NCBI GenBank assembly: GCA_947581615.1
Contig: CANPVD010000064.1
Coordinates: 53,071-117,070, forward strand
Reading direction: 5' to 3'
DNA: 64,000 nt
Origin: Candidatus Humimonas hydrogenitrophica
GTDB taxonomy: Bacteria > Gemmatimonadota > Gemmatimonadetes > Palauibacterales > Palauibacteraceae
Position numbers and translations under genes: made by a program. The notes below the pieces were generated by a model. That model was not told the origin of the DNA and ran no database searches. It saw nothing but the letters and a program-made list of their open reading frames with translations. Positions 40,554 to 52,854 of this stretch are shown here, piece after piece (position 1 is the first letter of the stretch; each line of letters begins with the position of its first letter).

Positions 40554-40981
40554 TGGGAGTCGACAGGACGCTCGCCATCATCAAGCCGGATGCGTTCGGT
40601 AGCCGCCACGCCGGCGACATCCTCGCGCACCTGGAGGGCGAGGGCTTCCGGGTCGTGGCCGCTCGCGTGCTCCGGCTCACGGCTCCGCAGGCGCGGACCT
40701 TCTACGCCGTTCACCGCGGGAAACCTTTCTACGAATCGCTTGTAGCATTCATGACTTCGGGGCCCTGCATGCCCCTGGCCCTGGAAGGCGACGACGCCGT
40801 GCCCAGGCTCAGGGAGGTGATCGGGGCCACCGACCCCTCGAAGGCGGCCGAGGGGTCGGTGCGAGCGCTCTACGCGGAGAGCGTGGAGCGCAACGCCATC
40901 CATGCTTCGGACTCCGAGGAGAACGCCCGGCTGGAGCTGGGATTCTTCTTTCCCGAGGCGGAGTTGGTGGACATCGATTGA
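40553..40981 (+). CDS. ndk: Nucleoside diphosphate kinase
   Basis: ATG overlaps the sucD TGA (TGATG), with a ggaggagg RBS. TLAIIKPDAF and catalytic-His motif NAIHASDS. Confidence 0.9.
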   Translation: MGVDRTLAIIKPDAFGSRHAGDILAHLEGEGFRVVAARVLRLTAPQARTFYAVHRGKPFYESLVAFMTSGPCMPLALEGDDAVPRLREVIGATDPSKAAEGSVRALYAESVERNAIHASDSEENARLELGFFFPEAELVDID

Positions 40982-41005
40982 CGCCGCGTCCGGTCGGGCG
41001 TATCC

Positions 41006-41539
41006 ATGAACCCCCCGACGTTGCAGCTCGACCTCCGGGACCTGGAGCGAAAGCCCCGGTCCTGGACCGCCCTTCTCCCGGCGGGGGAGGGCCCGTGGGC
41101 GGATGTCGACGTGACGTTCGTCGAGGCGCCGGTGGCGGAGATGCGGGCCCGCATCACGGGTACGCGCGGCGTGCACGTGACGGGTCGGCTGGAGGCGCCG
41201 GTGCAGGTCGACTGCCGACGGTGCCTGAAGCCGCTGCGCCGCACGATCGAGCTCGACCTGGACCTCCTGTACGACCGGAGCGTGCGGGAGCAGGACTCCG
41301 AGGGGCAGGTCTACCCCCTGGAAGGCGGGTCGGGAACGCTGGACCTGATGCCGGCGCTGCGCGAGCAGGTGGTGCTGGCCCTGCCACCGTACCCGCTGTG
41401 CCGGGAGGATTGCGCGGGGCTGTGTCCCCGCTGCGGCACCGATTGGAACGAGGGCCGTTGCGACTGCGTCCTGACGGAGCCGGACCCCCGTTGGGACGTG
41501 CTGAGGAAGCTCAGACAGGGCGAGACGGCGACCGGCTGA
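41006..41539 (+). CDS. yceD: YceD/DUF177 family protein (large-subunit rRNA accumulation protein)
   Basis: Conserved position immediately 5' of rpmF; C-terminal Cys cluster CREDCAGLCPRCGTDWNEGRCDC. Confidence 0.75.
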   Translation: MNPPTLQLDLRDLERKPRSWTALLPAGEGPWADVDVTFVEAPVAEMRARITGTRGVHVTGRLEAPVQVDCRRCLKPLRRTIELDLDLLYDRSVREQDSEGQVYPLEGGSGTLDLMPALREQVVLALPPYPLCREDCAGLCPRCGTDWNEGRCDCVLTEPDPRWDVLRKLRQGETATG

Positions 41540-41591
41540 CCGGAGGTCGTCCGACCCCCACGAACCTGGACGAAGCGCGAGGATCGAGAAC

Positions 41592-41774
41592 ATGGCCGTT
41601 CCGAAAAAGAGAACGTCGAAGCAGCGCAAGCGGAAGCGGCGCACGCACCACGCCGACCAGCCGGCGGCCCACCAGGCCTGTCCGCGCTGCGGCGACTTCC
41701 GCAGGCCGCACCACGTCTGCCCGACCTGCGGGCACTACGACGGCGATCAGGTCGTCGACATCGAGGAGTTCTAG
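41592..41774 (+). CDS. rpmF: 50S ribosomal protein L32
   Basis: MAVPKKRTSKQRKRKRR...; zinc-ribbon CPRCG...CPTCG. Confidence 0.93.
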   Translation: MAVPKKRTSKQRKRKRRTHHADQPAAHQACPRCGDFRRPHHVCPTCGHYDGDQVVDIEEF

Positions 41775-41820
41775 CTCCGACCCATCCCGGCCCACGTCCG
41801 CAGGAGGCCGGCGAACGCCC

Positions 41821-42825
41821 GTGCGGATCGCGCTGGACGCCATGGGAGGCGATGACGCCCCGGAGGTCCCCGTGCGCGCGGCGCTGAGCGCCCTGACGGA
41901 CGGACCCGAGGACCTCTCCATCCTGCTGGTCGGGGACCCCGACCGCCTCGAGCCGGCTGTGCGCGACGCGGGGCAACCCCCGGAGCGCCTGCGCATCGTC
42001 CCGGCGCCCCAGACCATCGCCATGAACGAGCCGCCGGTTCAGGCGGTGCGGCGCAAGCCCGAGAGTTCGATCGTGGTCGGCCTCCGGCTGCAGCGGGAAG
42101 GGGAGGCCGATGCCTTCGTCTCGGCCGGATCGACCGGCGCCGTCCTGGCCGCCTCGCTGTTCGTGCTGGGCCGACTCCCGGGCGTCGACCGGCCTACGGT
42201 GGGCGCGCTGTTCCCGACCGCCGACCGCCCCGTCCTCGTTCTCGATGCGGGAGCCAACGTCGGCTGCCGGCCCGCCCACCTGCACCAGTTCGCCCATCTG
42301 GGGAACATCTACGTGCGTGATCTGTGGGGCGTCGAGGTGCCGCGCGTCGGTCTCCTCAACGTGGGAGAGGAGGAGGAGAAAGGGGACGACCTGGCGGTGG
42401 CGACCCACGAGCTCCTGCGCGAGGACCCCGAACTGCGCTTCGTCGGCAACGTGGAGGGCCACCGCATCATCGAGGGACGCTGCGACGTCCTCGTGTGCGA
42501 CGGGTTCTTGGGCAACGTGCTGCTCAAGTTCTACGAGTCCATGGCGGGGTTCATCGTCGGCCTGCTACGGCGGGAGCAGGCGCAGGCCGGTGGGAGATCG
42601 CGCGAGCCGGGACCGGTGGAACGCATGCTGGACTACACGGAGTACGGCGGGGCTCCGCTCCTCGGCGTGGATGGGGTCGTGGTGCTGTGCCACGGCTCCT
42701 CGCCGCCACGGGCCATTCGGAATGCCCTCTCCGTGGCGGTCGACTCGGTCCGCGCCGACATGGTCTCGGACCTGGGCCGGGACCTGGAGGCTCTTTCGAA
42801 CCGGACCCGACGAGGAGAGATGTGA
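41821..42825 (+). CDS. plsX: Phosphate acyltransferase PlsX
   Basis: GTG with aggagg RBS; VRIALDAMGGDDAP N-terminus; FVSAGSTGAV; 334 aa. Confidence 0.88.
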   Translation: MRIALDAMGGDDAPEVPVRAALSALTDGPEDLSILLVGDPDRLEPAVRDAGQPPERLRIVPAPQTIAMNEPPVQAVRRKPESSIVVGLRLQREGEADAFVSAGSTGAVLAASLFVLGRLPGVDRPTVGALFPTADRPVLVLDAGANVGCRPAHLHQFAHLGNIYVRDLWGVEVPRVGLLNVGEEEEKGDDLAVATHELLREDPELRFVGNVEGHRIIEGRCDVLVCDGFLGNVLLKFYESMAGFIVGLLRREQAQAGGRSREPGPVERMLDYTEYGGAPLLGVDGVVVLCHGSSPPRAIRNALSVAVDSVRADMVSDLGRDLEALSNRTRRGEM

Positions 42826-43751
42826 TGACGGACACGGCGCTCCTGCTGCCGGGGCAGGGATCCCAGTTCGTGGGTATGGGGGCCGACCTCGTGGACGCGT
42901 ATCCGGAGGCGGCGGAGCTGTATGCCGAGGCCGAGGACGTGCTGGGCGTGCCGCTGGTCCGCCTGAGCCGGGAGGGTCCGGCCGAGGAGCTCACGCGGAC
43001 CGAGAACGCGCAGCCGGCCATCCTGACGCACAGCTACGCGGTCTGGCGGCTCCTACCGGCGCCCGTGAGGGCCTCGGTCGTGGTGGCGGCAGGCCATTCA
43101 CTGGGCGAGTTCACGGCCTACCTGTGTGCGGGGGCCCTCGCCTTCCCCGATGCGCTCCGGATCGTGCGGAAGCGCGGCGAGCTGATGGCCCGCGCCCGGA
43201 ATGGCACGATGGCCGCGGTTCTCGGCCTGGACGACGAGGCCGTCCGGGCGGCGTGCGCGGCCGTCGAAGACGGCGTGGTCGTGGCTGCCAACTTCAATGC
43301 GCCCGGCCAGGTGGTGATCAGCGGGGACGAGGCCGGTGTGGAGGCCGCTTCGGCGCGGGCCCGGGAAACGGGGGCCAGGCGCGTCCTTCCGCTCGACGTG
43401 AGCGGCGCCTTCCACTCACCCCTCATGGAGGTGGCCCGCGATGGGCTGGCGGAGGCGCTCGCGGCCGCGACGTTCCGCGACCCCGGGTTCCCGGTGGTGG
43501 CCAACGCGGCGGCACGCCCGGTGCGCAGCGGAGAGGAGGCGCGGGAGTTGCTGCTCGAACAGCTCACCTCGCCGGTACGCTGGGTGGAGAGCGTGCGGGC
43601 GATGGGCGAAGCCGGCGCCCGCCGCTGGCTGGAGATCGGCCCGGGGACGGTCCTCGCCGGTCTCCTGCGCCGCATCGACCGCTCCCTGGAGACCGCGACA
43701 GTGGGCGATGCCGAAACCGTACGAGCCTGGAGAGAGGCGGAGCATGGGTGA
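42825..43751 (+). CDS. fabD: Malonyl-CoA:ACP transacylase
   Basis: ATG overlaps the plsX TGA (TGATG). [13 protein letters not shown]; active-site GHSLGEF; 308 aa. Confidence 0.92.
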   Translation: MTDTALLLPGQGSQFVGMGADLVDAYPEAAELYAEAEDVLGVPLVRLSREGPAEELTRTENAQPAILTHSYAVWRLLPAPVRASVVVAAGHSLGEFTAYLCAGALAFPDALRIVRKRGELMARARNGTMAAVLGLDDEAVRAACAAVEDGVVVAANFNAPGQVVISGDEAGVEAASARARETGARRVLPLDVSGAFHSPLMEVARDGLAEALAAATFRDPGFPVVANAAARPVRSGEEARELLLEQLTSPVRWVESVRAMGEAGARRWLEIGPGTVLAGLLRRIDRSLETATVGDAETVRAWREAEHG

Positions 43752-44481
43752 GCTGCAGGACAGGGTAGCGCTCGTCTCGGGTGGATCTCGGGGCATCGGC
43801 TTCGCCGTGGCCGAGGAGCTGGCGGCGGCGGGGGCCCGGGTGGCCGTCACCGCACGAGCCGAGAACCGGGCCGTCCAGGCGGCCGAGGCACTCGGCGGGG
43901 CCGGAGGCCGGGGTTACGGTTGCGACGTCACCGACGGTGAGGCGTGCACGGCGCTGGTCGAGCGGGTGGATGACGACCTCGGTCCGGTGGACATCCTGGT
44001 CAACAACGCCGGCATCACCCGGGACAACATCCTCGTCCGCCTCAAGGACGAGGACTGGGACGCGGTGCTGGACACGAACTTGCGCGGTGCGTTCCACATG
44101 ATGCGTGCCGTGGCCCGGGGCATGATGAAGCGGCGAAGCGGGCGCATCGTGAACATCGCCAGTGTCGTGGGCTTGACGGGGAACCGCGGGCAGGCCAACT
44201 ATGCGGCGTCCAAAGCGGGCCTCGTAGGGCTCACCAAGTCCGTGGCCCAGGAGCTGGCCAGCCGTGACGTTCTCGTGAACGCCGTGGCTCCGGGCTTCGT
44301 GGAGACGGAGATGACGGCGTCCCTGAGCGAGGATGCGAGAAACGCGCTGTTCGAGCGCATTCCGCTGGGACGCTTCGGGCAGCCGTCCGATGTGGCCGGG
44401 GCCGTGAGGTTCCTGGTCGGTCCGGCGGCTTCGTATATCACAGGGCAGGTCCTGGTCGTGGACGGCGGCATGGTCATGTGA
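43744..44481 (+). CDS. fabG: 3-oxoacyl-ACP reductase
   Basis: [12 protein letters not shown](P)-binding loop; catalytic YAASKAG; NNAG. 8-nt overlap with fabD. Confidence 0.9.
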   Translation: MGELQDRVALVSGGSRGIGFAVAEELAAAGARVAVTARAENRAVQAAEALGGAGGRGYGCDVTDGEACTALVERVDDDLGPVDILVNNAGITRDNILVRLKDEDWDAVLDTNLRGAFHMMRAVARGMMKRRSGRIVNIASVVGLTGNRGQANYAASKAGLVGLTKSVAQELASRDVLVNAVAPGFVETEMTASLSEDARNALFERIPLGRFGQPSDVAGAVRFLVGPAASYITGQVLVVDGGMVM

Positions 44482-44535
44482 GGTCGACCGCAGCGTCGTT
44501 CGAAACACCCATCACCATCGAGGAAGGAAGCGCAC

Positions 44536-44775
44536 ATGTCCGATACGGCCGCGCGCGTGAAGGAGATCATCGCCAGCGAGCTGGGCGTCGAGATCGAGAA
44601 GGTCACAGATGACGCCCACTTCGTGGACGACCTGGGTGCCGACTCCCTGGACACCGTCGAGCTCGTCATGGCGTTCGAAGAGGAGTTCGGCATCGAGATA
44701 CCGGACGAGGATGCGGAGGGGATGCAGACGGTCGGTGACGCGATCGAGTACCTCTCCAAGAAGCAGGAGGACTGA
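44536..44775 (+). CDS. acpP: Acyl carrier protein
   Basis: 79 aa; phosphopantetheine-Ser motif [14 protein letters not shown]. Confidence 0.95.
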   Translation: MSDTAARVKEIIASELGVEIEKVTDDAHFVDDLGADSLDTVELVMAFEEEFGIEIPDEDAEGMQTVGDAIEYLSKKQED

Positions 44776-44813
44776 GAGGTCGGCGGACGCGAGTCCCCGA
44801 GCGCGGGCGACCC

Positions 44814-46067
44814 ATGACCGGCCGACGCGTCGTCATCACGGGCACCGGCCTCATCACCGCGGTGGGGAACGACGTCCGTTCCACCTGGGAGTCCCTGCTC
44901 GCGGGGCGCAGCGGGGCGGCGCCGATCACCCTGTTCGACGCTTCCCGGCACGACGTTCGGTTCGCTTGCGAGGTGAAGGACTTCGATCCCTCGGAGTACC
45001 TGGACCGAAAGGAGGTGAAGCGGACCGACCGTTTCCTCCAGTTCGCGCTGGCGACGGCGCAGCAGGCGGTCGCGGAGGCGGACATCGCCGACGTCCTGCG
45101 AGACGAGTCCCCCGATAGAACGGGGGTCATCGTGGGCAGCGGCATCGGTGGCCTGGCCACCCTCGAGGAACAGCACATCCGGATGCTCGAGCGGGGACCG
45201 GACCGGGTGTCGCCCTTCTTCATCCCGATGTTCATCGCCGACATGGCCGCGGGTCTCATCTCGATGCGCTACGGCGTCCGAGGCCCCAACTACTGCACGG
45301 TGTCCGCCTGCGCCTCCAGCGCGCACGCCGTGGGCCTCGCCTTCCGCTCCATCCGGACCGGGGAGGCGGACGTCATGATCGCCGGCGGGACCGAGGCCAC
45401 GATCACGCCGCTGTGCGTGGCCGGGTTCTCCAGCATGAAGGCCCTGTCCACCCGGAACGAGGCGCCCGAGGTGGCCTCACGCCCGTTCGACGCCGGGCGG
45501 GACGGCTTCGTGCTCGGCGAGGGCTCGGGGATGGTCATCATGGAGAGCCTGGAACACGCGCGTGCCCGCGGCGCCACCATCCTGGCCGAGCTGAAGGGCT
45601 TCGGACAGAGCGCGGATGCGTATCACATGACGGCCCCGGCGCCGGGGGGCGCCGGAGCGCAGGTGGCGATGCGCCATGCGCTCACGGACGCGGGCCTCGA
45701 GCCGGGCGACATCGACTACATCAATGCCCACGGAACGTCCACTCCGGCCAACGACGCCACCGAGACGGTGGCCATCAAGCAGGTGTTCGGTGAGAGGGCC
45801 TACGAGATCGTGGTCGGGTCCACCAAGTCGATGACCGGACACAGCCTGGGTGCCGCCGGCGCGGTCGAGACCGTGATCTCCACGCTCGTGTGCCGGGAGG
45901 GCCTCATCCCACCGACGATCAACTTCGGGGAAGCCGATCCGGAGTGCGACCTCGACTACGGACACCGCGGGGTCACGGAAAGGCCCGTACGGGCGGCGCT
46001 CTCCAACTCCTTCGGTTTCGGCGGTCACAACGTGGCCCTCGCCATCGGCCGCTGGGACGAGGACTAG
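44814..46067 (+). CDS. fabF: 3-oxoacyl-ACP synthase II
   Basis: Active-site Cys VSACASS; His motifs NAHGTST and GHSLGAAG; 417 aa. Confidence 0.93.
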   Translation: MTGRRVVITGTGLITAVGNDVRSTWESLLAGRSGAAPITLFDASRHDVRFACEVKDFDPSEYLDRKEVKRTDRFLQFALATAQQAVAEADIADVLRDESPDRTGVIVGSGIGGLATLEEQHIRMLERGPDRVSPFFIPMFIADMAAGLISMRYGVRGPNYCTVSACASSAHAVGLAFRSIRTGEADVMIAGGTEATITPLCVAGFSSMKALSTRNEAPEVASRPFDAGRDGFVLGEGSGMVIMESLEHARARGATILAELKGFGQSADAYHMTAPAPGGAGAQVAMRHALTDAGLEPGDIDYINAHGTSTPANDATETVAIKQVFGERAYEIVVGSTKSMTGHSLGAAGAVETVISTLVCREGLIPPTINFGEADPECDLDYGHRGVTERPVRAALSNSFGFGGHNVALAIGRWDED

Positions 46068-46130
46068 CCTCGTGCGCAGCGACCGGGTGACCGGCCGCTC
46101 GCGCTCCGGCGGTCGGGGGCCGTCCGCTCT

Positions 46131-46646
46131 ATGCGCGTAGGCCTCGGGTACGACTCCCACCCCTTCGATCCCGGACGACCCCTGCGCCTCGGCGGTGTGA
46201 CCGTCGCCGGGCACGCGGGGCTGGGGGGGCATTCGGACGGAGACGCCGTCCTGCACGCGGTCGTGGACGCGATTCTGGGCGCGGTGGGCATGGGTAGCAT
46301 TGGAGACCTGTTCCCGGATACGGACCCGGAGCTGGCCGGGGCCGACTCCCTCCCGATGCTCCTCGAGGCGGTCCGGCGCGTGGAGGGCGAGAACTACCAG
46401 GTGGTGAACGTCGACGTGACCGTGGTGGCCGAGAGTCCTCGCATCGCGCCCCACGCCGGGGCCATGGCCGCCCGCATGGCCGAGATCCTGCACGTGCCGC
46501 CCTCGGCGGTGAACGTCCGGGGCAAGTCGAACGAGGGCATGGGGTGGATCGGGCGGGGCGAGGGGCTCGCCGTCCTGGCCGTGGCCCTCCTCGACTCCAT
46601 ACGGGACCTGGACACGCTGCACGCGTCGATCCGCTCGGGCGGCTGA
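46131..46646 (+). CDS. ispF: 2-C-methyl-D-erythritol 2,4-cyclodiphosphate synthase
   Basis: GYDSHPF, GHSDGDAVLHA, FPDTDPE motifs; 171 aa. Confidence 0.92.
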   Translation: MRVGLGYDSHPFDPGRPLRLGGVTVAGHAGLGGHSDGDAVLHAVVDAILGAVGMGSIGDLFPDTDPELAGADSLPMLLEAVRRVEGENYQVVNVDVTVVAESPRIAPHAGAMAARMAEILHVPPSAVNVRGKSNEGMGWIGRGEGLAVLAVALLDSIRDLDTLHASIRSGG

Positions 46647-46661
46647 CGACCGGAGGCGCTC

Positions 46662-47303
46662 GTGACCGACGCCCTGGAGCGGATTCTCTCCGCCATCGCC
46701 TCGCTCCCGATCGCCAGCGTGTACCTGCTCATCGGCGCCGGTGCCGCCCTCGAGAACATCTTCCCGCCCGTCCCGTCGGACACGTTCGTCATCGTGGCCG
46801 GCGTCCTGGCGGACCGTGGCGTGGTCGAGGGCGATCTGGTGGTCGGGGTGGCGTGGGTGGCCAACGTGGTGCTGGCCGGGCTCGTGTACGTGGCGGCCCG
46901 TCGGTACGGCCGGGCGGTGTTCGACACGCGCTGGGGCCACTGGCTGCTCAGGCCTCACCAGCTGGAGCGGCTGTCGGGGTTCTACGACCGCTACGGCATG
47001 CCGACCATCTTCGTGAGTCGCTTCGTGCCCGTGTTCCGGGTGCTGGTCCCCGTGTTCGCCGGGATCAGCGGACTCGGACTGTGGCGTACGCTCCTGCCGC
47101 TGGGGATCGCCTCGGCCCTGTGGTACGGGGCCCTGCTCGAGCTGGGCGTTCTCGCGTCGCGCAACATCCCGCGACTGGTCGTCTGGGTACAGGGCATGAA
47201 CCGGGGCCTGCTGGTGGCCGCTCTGGTCGCGGCGGCGGCGGCGGCCTGGTGGTGGTGGCGAACGCGCCATCATCACCAGGGTCCGGGAGAGGACGGCGGG
47301 TGA
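46662..47303 (+). CDS. dedA: DedA/SNARE-associated family membrane protein
   Basis: DedA signature (F/Y)VSRFVPVFR; multi-pass. Odd C-terminal tail AWWWWRTRHHHQG. Confidence 0.8.
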   Translation: MTDALERILSAIASLPIASVYLLIGAGAALENIFPPVPSDTFVIVAGVLADRGVVEGDLVVGVAWVANVVLAGLVYVAARRYGRAVFDTRWGHWLLRPHQLERLSGFYDRYGMPTIFVSRFVPVFRVLVPVFAGISGLGLWRTLLPLGIASALWYGALLELGVLASRNIPRLVVWVQGMNRGLLVAALVAAAAAAWWWWRTRHHHQGPGEDGG

Positions 47304-48193
47304 GCCGCGAGTTCTTCCTGGAGCCGTTCGAGGACTACCTGCGCTTCGAGCGGGGGCTGGCCGATCGGACGGTGGAGGCCTATGTGCGGGACTGCCACCA
47401 GATGGCCGCGTTCGTGCGCGCCGAGGGGGCCGGCGGTCCGGACGAAGTGGACTACGGCCGACTGCGGGACTTCGTCGTCGACCTGGTCGAGCGCGGGCTG
47501 GCGGGCTCCACCGTCGCCCGGAAGCTGTCCGCGATCCGGGCGTACTTCGCCTTCGCGGTGGCCGAAGGACACTGTGAATCGGACCCCACCGAGCAGCTCG
47601 AATCACCCCGGTCCGGCCGCTCCCTGCCCGACGTCCTCAGCTACCCCGAGGTCGAGCGCATCCTGGCGGCCGTTCCGATCGAGCACGAGCTCGCCTTCCG
47701 GGACCGTGCCATGCTGGAGACGCTGTACGGGGCGGGGCTGCGGGTCTCCGAGCTCGTGGGCCTGGAGATCCTGGACCTGCTGCTGGACGAAGAGCTCCTG
47801 CGGGTGCGCGGAAAGGGTTCCAAGGAACGCCTCGTGCCCCTGGGCGCTCGTGCGATCGACGCGGTGCGCCGCTACCTTCGGGAAACGCGTCCCCGCCTGG
47901 ACCGGGGCGAGAGCCGCGGTGTGGTGTTCCTCAACCACCACGGCCGACCCCTGACGCGGGTGGGCGCCTGGAAGGTCGTCCGCCGGCACGTGGAGCGGGC
48001 CGGCATTCGCCGGCCGGTGAGCCCGCACACGTTCCGGCATTCCTTCGCCACGCACCTCCTCGAGGGCGGGGCGGACCTCGCAGCGGTGCAGGAGATGCTG
48101 GGCCACGCCGACATCAGCACGACGCAGATCTACACGCACGTGGACCGCGCCTACCTCAAGCAGGTGCACCGCAGCTTCCATCCCCGCGGATGA
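47300..48193 (+). CDS. xerD: Tyrosine site-specific recombinase XerD/XerC
   Basis: GTG overlaps the dedA stop (GTGA). Catalytic motifs ...RVSEL..., HTFRHSFATHLL and LGHADISTTQIYTHV (Tyr nucleophile). The C-terminal ...HPRG is XerD-like. Confidence 0.8.
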   Translation: MSREFFLEPFEDYLRFERGLADRTVEAYVRDCHQMAAFVRAEGAGGPDEVDYGRLRDFVVDLVERGLAGSTVARKLSAIRAYFAFAVAEGHCESDPTEQLESPRSGRSLPDVLSYPEVERILAAVPIEHELAFRDRAMLETLYGAGLRVSELVGLEILDLLLDEELLRVRGKGSKERLVPLGARAIDAVRRYLRETRPRLDRGESRGVVFLNHHGRPLTRVGAWKVVRRHVERAGIRRPVSPHTFRHSFATHLLEGGADLAAVQEMLGHADISTTQIYTHVDRAYLKQVHRSFHPRG

Positions 48194-48236
48194 GGGCCCT
48201 CGGCATCGCCAGACGTTCCGGGAATGGGCGGCTCCG

Positions 48237-48776
48237 GTGACCCGTACGTCCCGTCTCCTCAGCCTCGTTCGCAACCGCCGGCCTCCCACGCGCTTCGCGG
48301 ACCGTCCCGTCCCCGACGAAGCGCTGTCGAGCGTGCTCGAGGCGGCACGCTGGGCTCCGTCCGCCGGGGAGGCCCAGCCCTGGAGGTTCGTCGTCGTGCG
48401 CGAGGGTCTCCGCCGTCACCGGATCGCGGCGGCCGCTTTCAACCACCCGCACGCGCGCACCGCTCCGGTGCTGGTCCTGTGCTGCGCCAGGATCCATTCA
48501 CACGTGAGCGGCAACGGCCGCACCAGCTTTCCGGTGGACGTCGCGGCGGCCACCCAGACCATGGCCCTGGCCGCCGCGGACGTGGGGCTGGCCACGAGCT
48601 GGCTCACCGGATTCCGGGAGCCGTACGTGCGCGAGGCGGCGGACATCCCCGCCGACGTCCCGGTGGTGGCCATCCTGGCGGTGGGCTACGCTGACGGGCT
48701 CGAGTCACTGAGCCAGCGGGCGGACGCTGGGAGCGTGATCGCCTGGGAACGATGGACGGCCGAGGAGCGGGGATGA
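48237..48776 (+). CDS. Nitroreductase-family flavoprotein
   Basis: 179 aa; RRPPTRFADRPVPDEALSSVLEAARWAPSAGEAQPWRFVVV, a typical nitroreductase N-terminus. Confidence 0.8.
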   Translation: MTRTSRLLSLVRNRRPPTRFADRPVPDEALSSVLEAARWAPSAGEAQPWRFVVVREGLRRHRIAAAAFNHPHARTAPVLVLCCARIHSHVSGNGRTSFPVDVAAATQTMALAAADVGLATSWLTGFREPYVREAADIPADVPVVAILAVGYADGLESLSQRADAGSVIAWERWTAEERG

Positions 48777-50278
48777 GGCGTGGCGCGGCACACATCATCG
48801 GGGCCGTCGCGGCCGCGGTCGTGGCCGGGCCGCTCCTCGGCCTGGCGCGACCGGCACTCGCCCAGGAGGTGTCGTTCGTGCCGCGTCCGGACCGCCCGGT
48901 GGAGCGTCGGCTCGACCACTTCCTGCACGCCGGTGGCTATCGGCTGTGGACGCGTGACACCGTGCTGGGGCCGGGTGCGCAGGTGGACGGGCCGGTCCTG
49001 GTCCTCGGCGCCACGGTGCGCTCGGCGGCCACCGTCCACGGCAGCATCTACGTCGTGGCCGGGGACCTCTTTCTGCGGCCGGGCGCCCGCGTGGAGGGGG
49101 ATGCCGTGGTCCTCGGCGGCGGCTGGTATTCCTCCTCCCTCGCCACGGTCGAGGGGGAGGTCGTGTATCGTCCCAACCTCCTCCTGCGCGTGGACCGGAG
49201 GGGCTCGGTCTGGGAGATCGTGCCCGTGGAGAACGTGCCCCGGGCCGTCTCCTTCGAGGGCTTCTACGGCTTCTCCCTCCCGACCTACGACCGGGTCGAG
49301 GCGTGGACCTTCTCGTGGGGCGCCACGGCCCGGGCCACGCGCATGGCGTGGCAGCCCAGCCTGTCGGCGCGCCTCCAGCTCCATACGAGGGGAATACAGG
49401 CGCTCGGCGGCAGGCTCCGCCAGAGCTGGTACCCGACCGGAACCCTGCGCGTCGACCTCGTCGGGGAGCGGCGTACCCGGACGAACGAGGACTGGATCCG
49501 GGGCGACGTCTCCAACTCGCTCGCCTACCTGTTCGGCTCCGGCGACTACCGGGATTACTACCGCTCCGAGCGGCTCGGGGCGGGCGTACTGACCGCCAGC
49601 GCCTCGGGTTGGCACACGGAGTGGTCGGCGTTCCGGGAGAGGGACCGGAGCCTGCCGGCTTTGCGGCTGCCCGTGTTCTTCAAGTCCGATTCGGACGTGC
49701 GGCCGAACCCCACGGTGCAGGGGGGCACCCTGTGGAGCGCGCGGGCGCTGGTCGGTTACCGGCGCCGGGCCGGCTCGTGGCGACTCGACGCGTCGGTTTC
49801 GGCCGAGGCGGCGGACTCCTCGGTGGCCGGGGATTTCTCCTTCCTGCTCGGGGAAGCGAGGGTTTCGGGCCGCACCGAGGCGATCCCGGGAGTGCGACTG
49901 GCGTTCTTCGGAATCGCCCGGGGCGACCTGTCCGGCTCCCTGCCGGGTCAGCGCTGGTCGGCCCTGGGCGGCACCGGCACCCTGCCCACGCTGCCAGTGC
50001 TGCCGCTCCGGGGCTCCCGCCTCCTGTTCGGCCAGGTGACCCTGGCCGTTCCGCTGGGACTGGTTGAAGTCCCCGCGGTGGGAGGGCCGCAGCTCTTCGT
50101 ACGGAATGCGGTCGGATCGGCGTGGGGAGAAGGGACGTCGCCCCACTTCACCGACAACGTGATCGGGGGCGTCCGGCTGTTCCTGGTCGAGGCGGGGCTG
50201 GCGATCGACCCGTCCGCGTCGAACCTGGATCCCACCTGGGTGTTCGGCGTCAGACTCCCGGCCTCGGCGCGCCGCTGA
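48773..50278 (+). CDS. Secreted protein of unknown function: signal peptide + bactofilin/DUF4097-like beta-helical repeat segment + about 350-aa Trp/Tyr/Arg/Gly-rich C-terminal domain
   Basis: ATG overlaps the nitroreductase stop (ATGA). Sec signal MRRGAAHIIGAVAAAVVAGPLLGLARPALA|QE. Repeats GAQVDGPVLVLGATVRSAATVHGSIYVVAGDLFLRPGARVEGDAVVLGG. Confidence 0.7.
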   Translation: MRRGAAHIIGAVAAAVVAGPLLGLARPALAQEVSFVPRPDRPVERRLDHFLHAGGYRLWTRDTVLGPGAQVDGPVLVLGATVRSAATVHGSIYVVAGDLFLRPGARVEGDAVVLGGGWYSSSLATVEGEVVYRPNLLLRVDRRGSVWEIVPVENVPRAVSFEGFYGFSLPTYDRVEAWTFSWGATARATRMAWQPSLSARLQLHTRGIQALGGRLRQSWYPTGTLRVDLVGERRTRTNEDWIRGDVSNSLAYLFGSGDYRDYYRSERLGAGVLTASASGWHTEWSAFRERDRSLPALRLPVFFKSDSDVRPNPTVQGGTLWSARALVGYRRRAGSWRLDASVSAEAADSSVAGDFSFLLGEARVSGRTEAIPGVRLAFFGIARGDLSGSLPGQRWSALGGTGTLPTLPVLPLRGSRLLFGQVTLAVPLGLVEVPAVGGPQLFVRNAVGSAWGEGTSPHFTDNVIGGVRLFLVEAGLAIDPSASNLDPTWVFGVRLPASARR

Positions 50279-50395
50279 CGGGGAGTGGAGCCGGCGCCTG
50301 GCGACCGGCCCACACGGGACTTTGACACGCCGAGTCGGCGCGGGTACGTTCCGGTGCGTGAATGGATCAACTCACGCACCCGCTCGCCGCCGGCG

Positions 50396-52853
<2,458 letters not shown>

Positions 52854-52854
52854 G

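Noticed and set aside
47300-48193. Tyrosine recombinase as marker of an integrated mobile element
   Set aside because: No phage, IS or conjugative genes, no flanking direct repeats and no tRNA were seen. The catalytic C-terminus matches chromosomal XerD/XerC dimer-resolution recombinases. Both neighbouring genes are housekeeping and translationally coupled.
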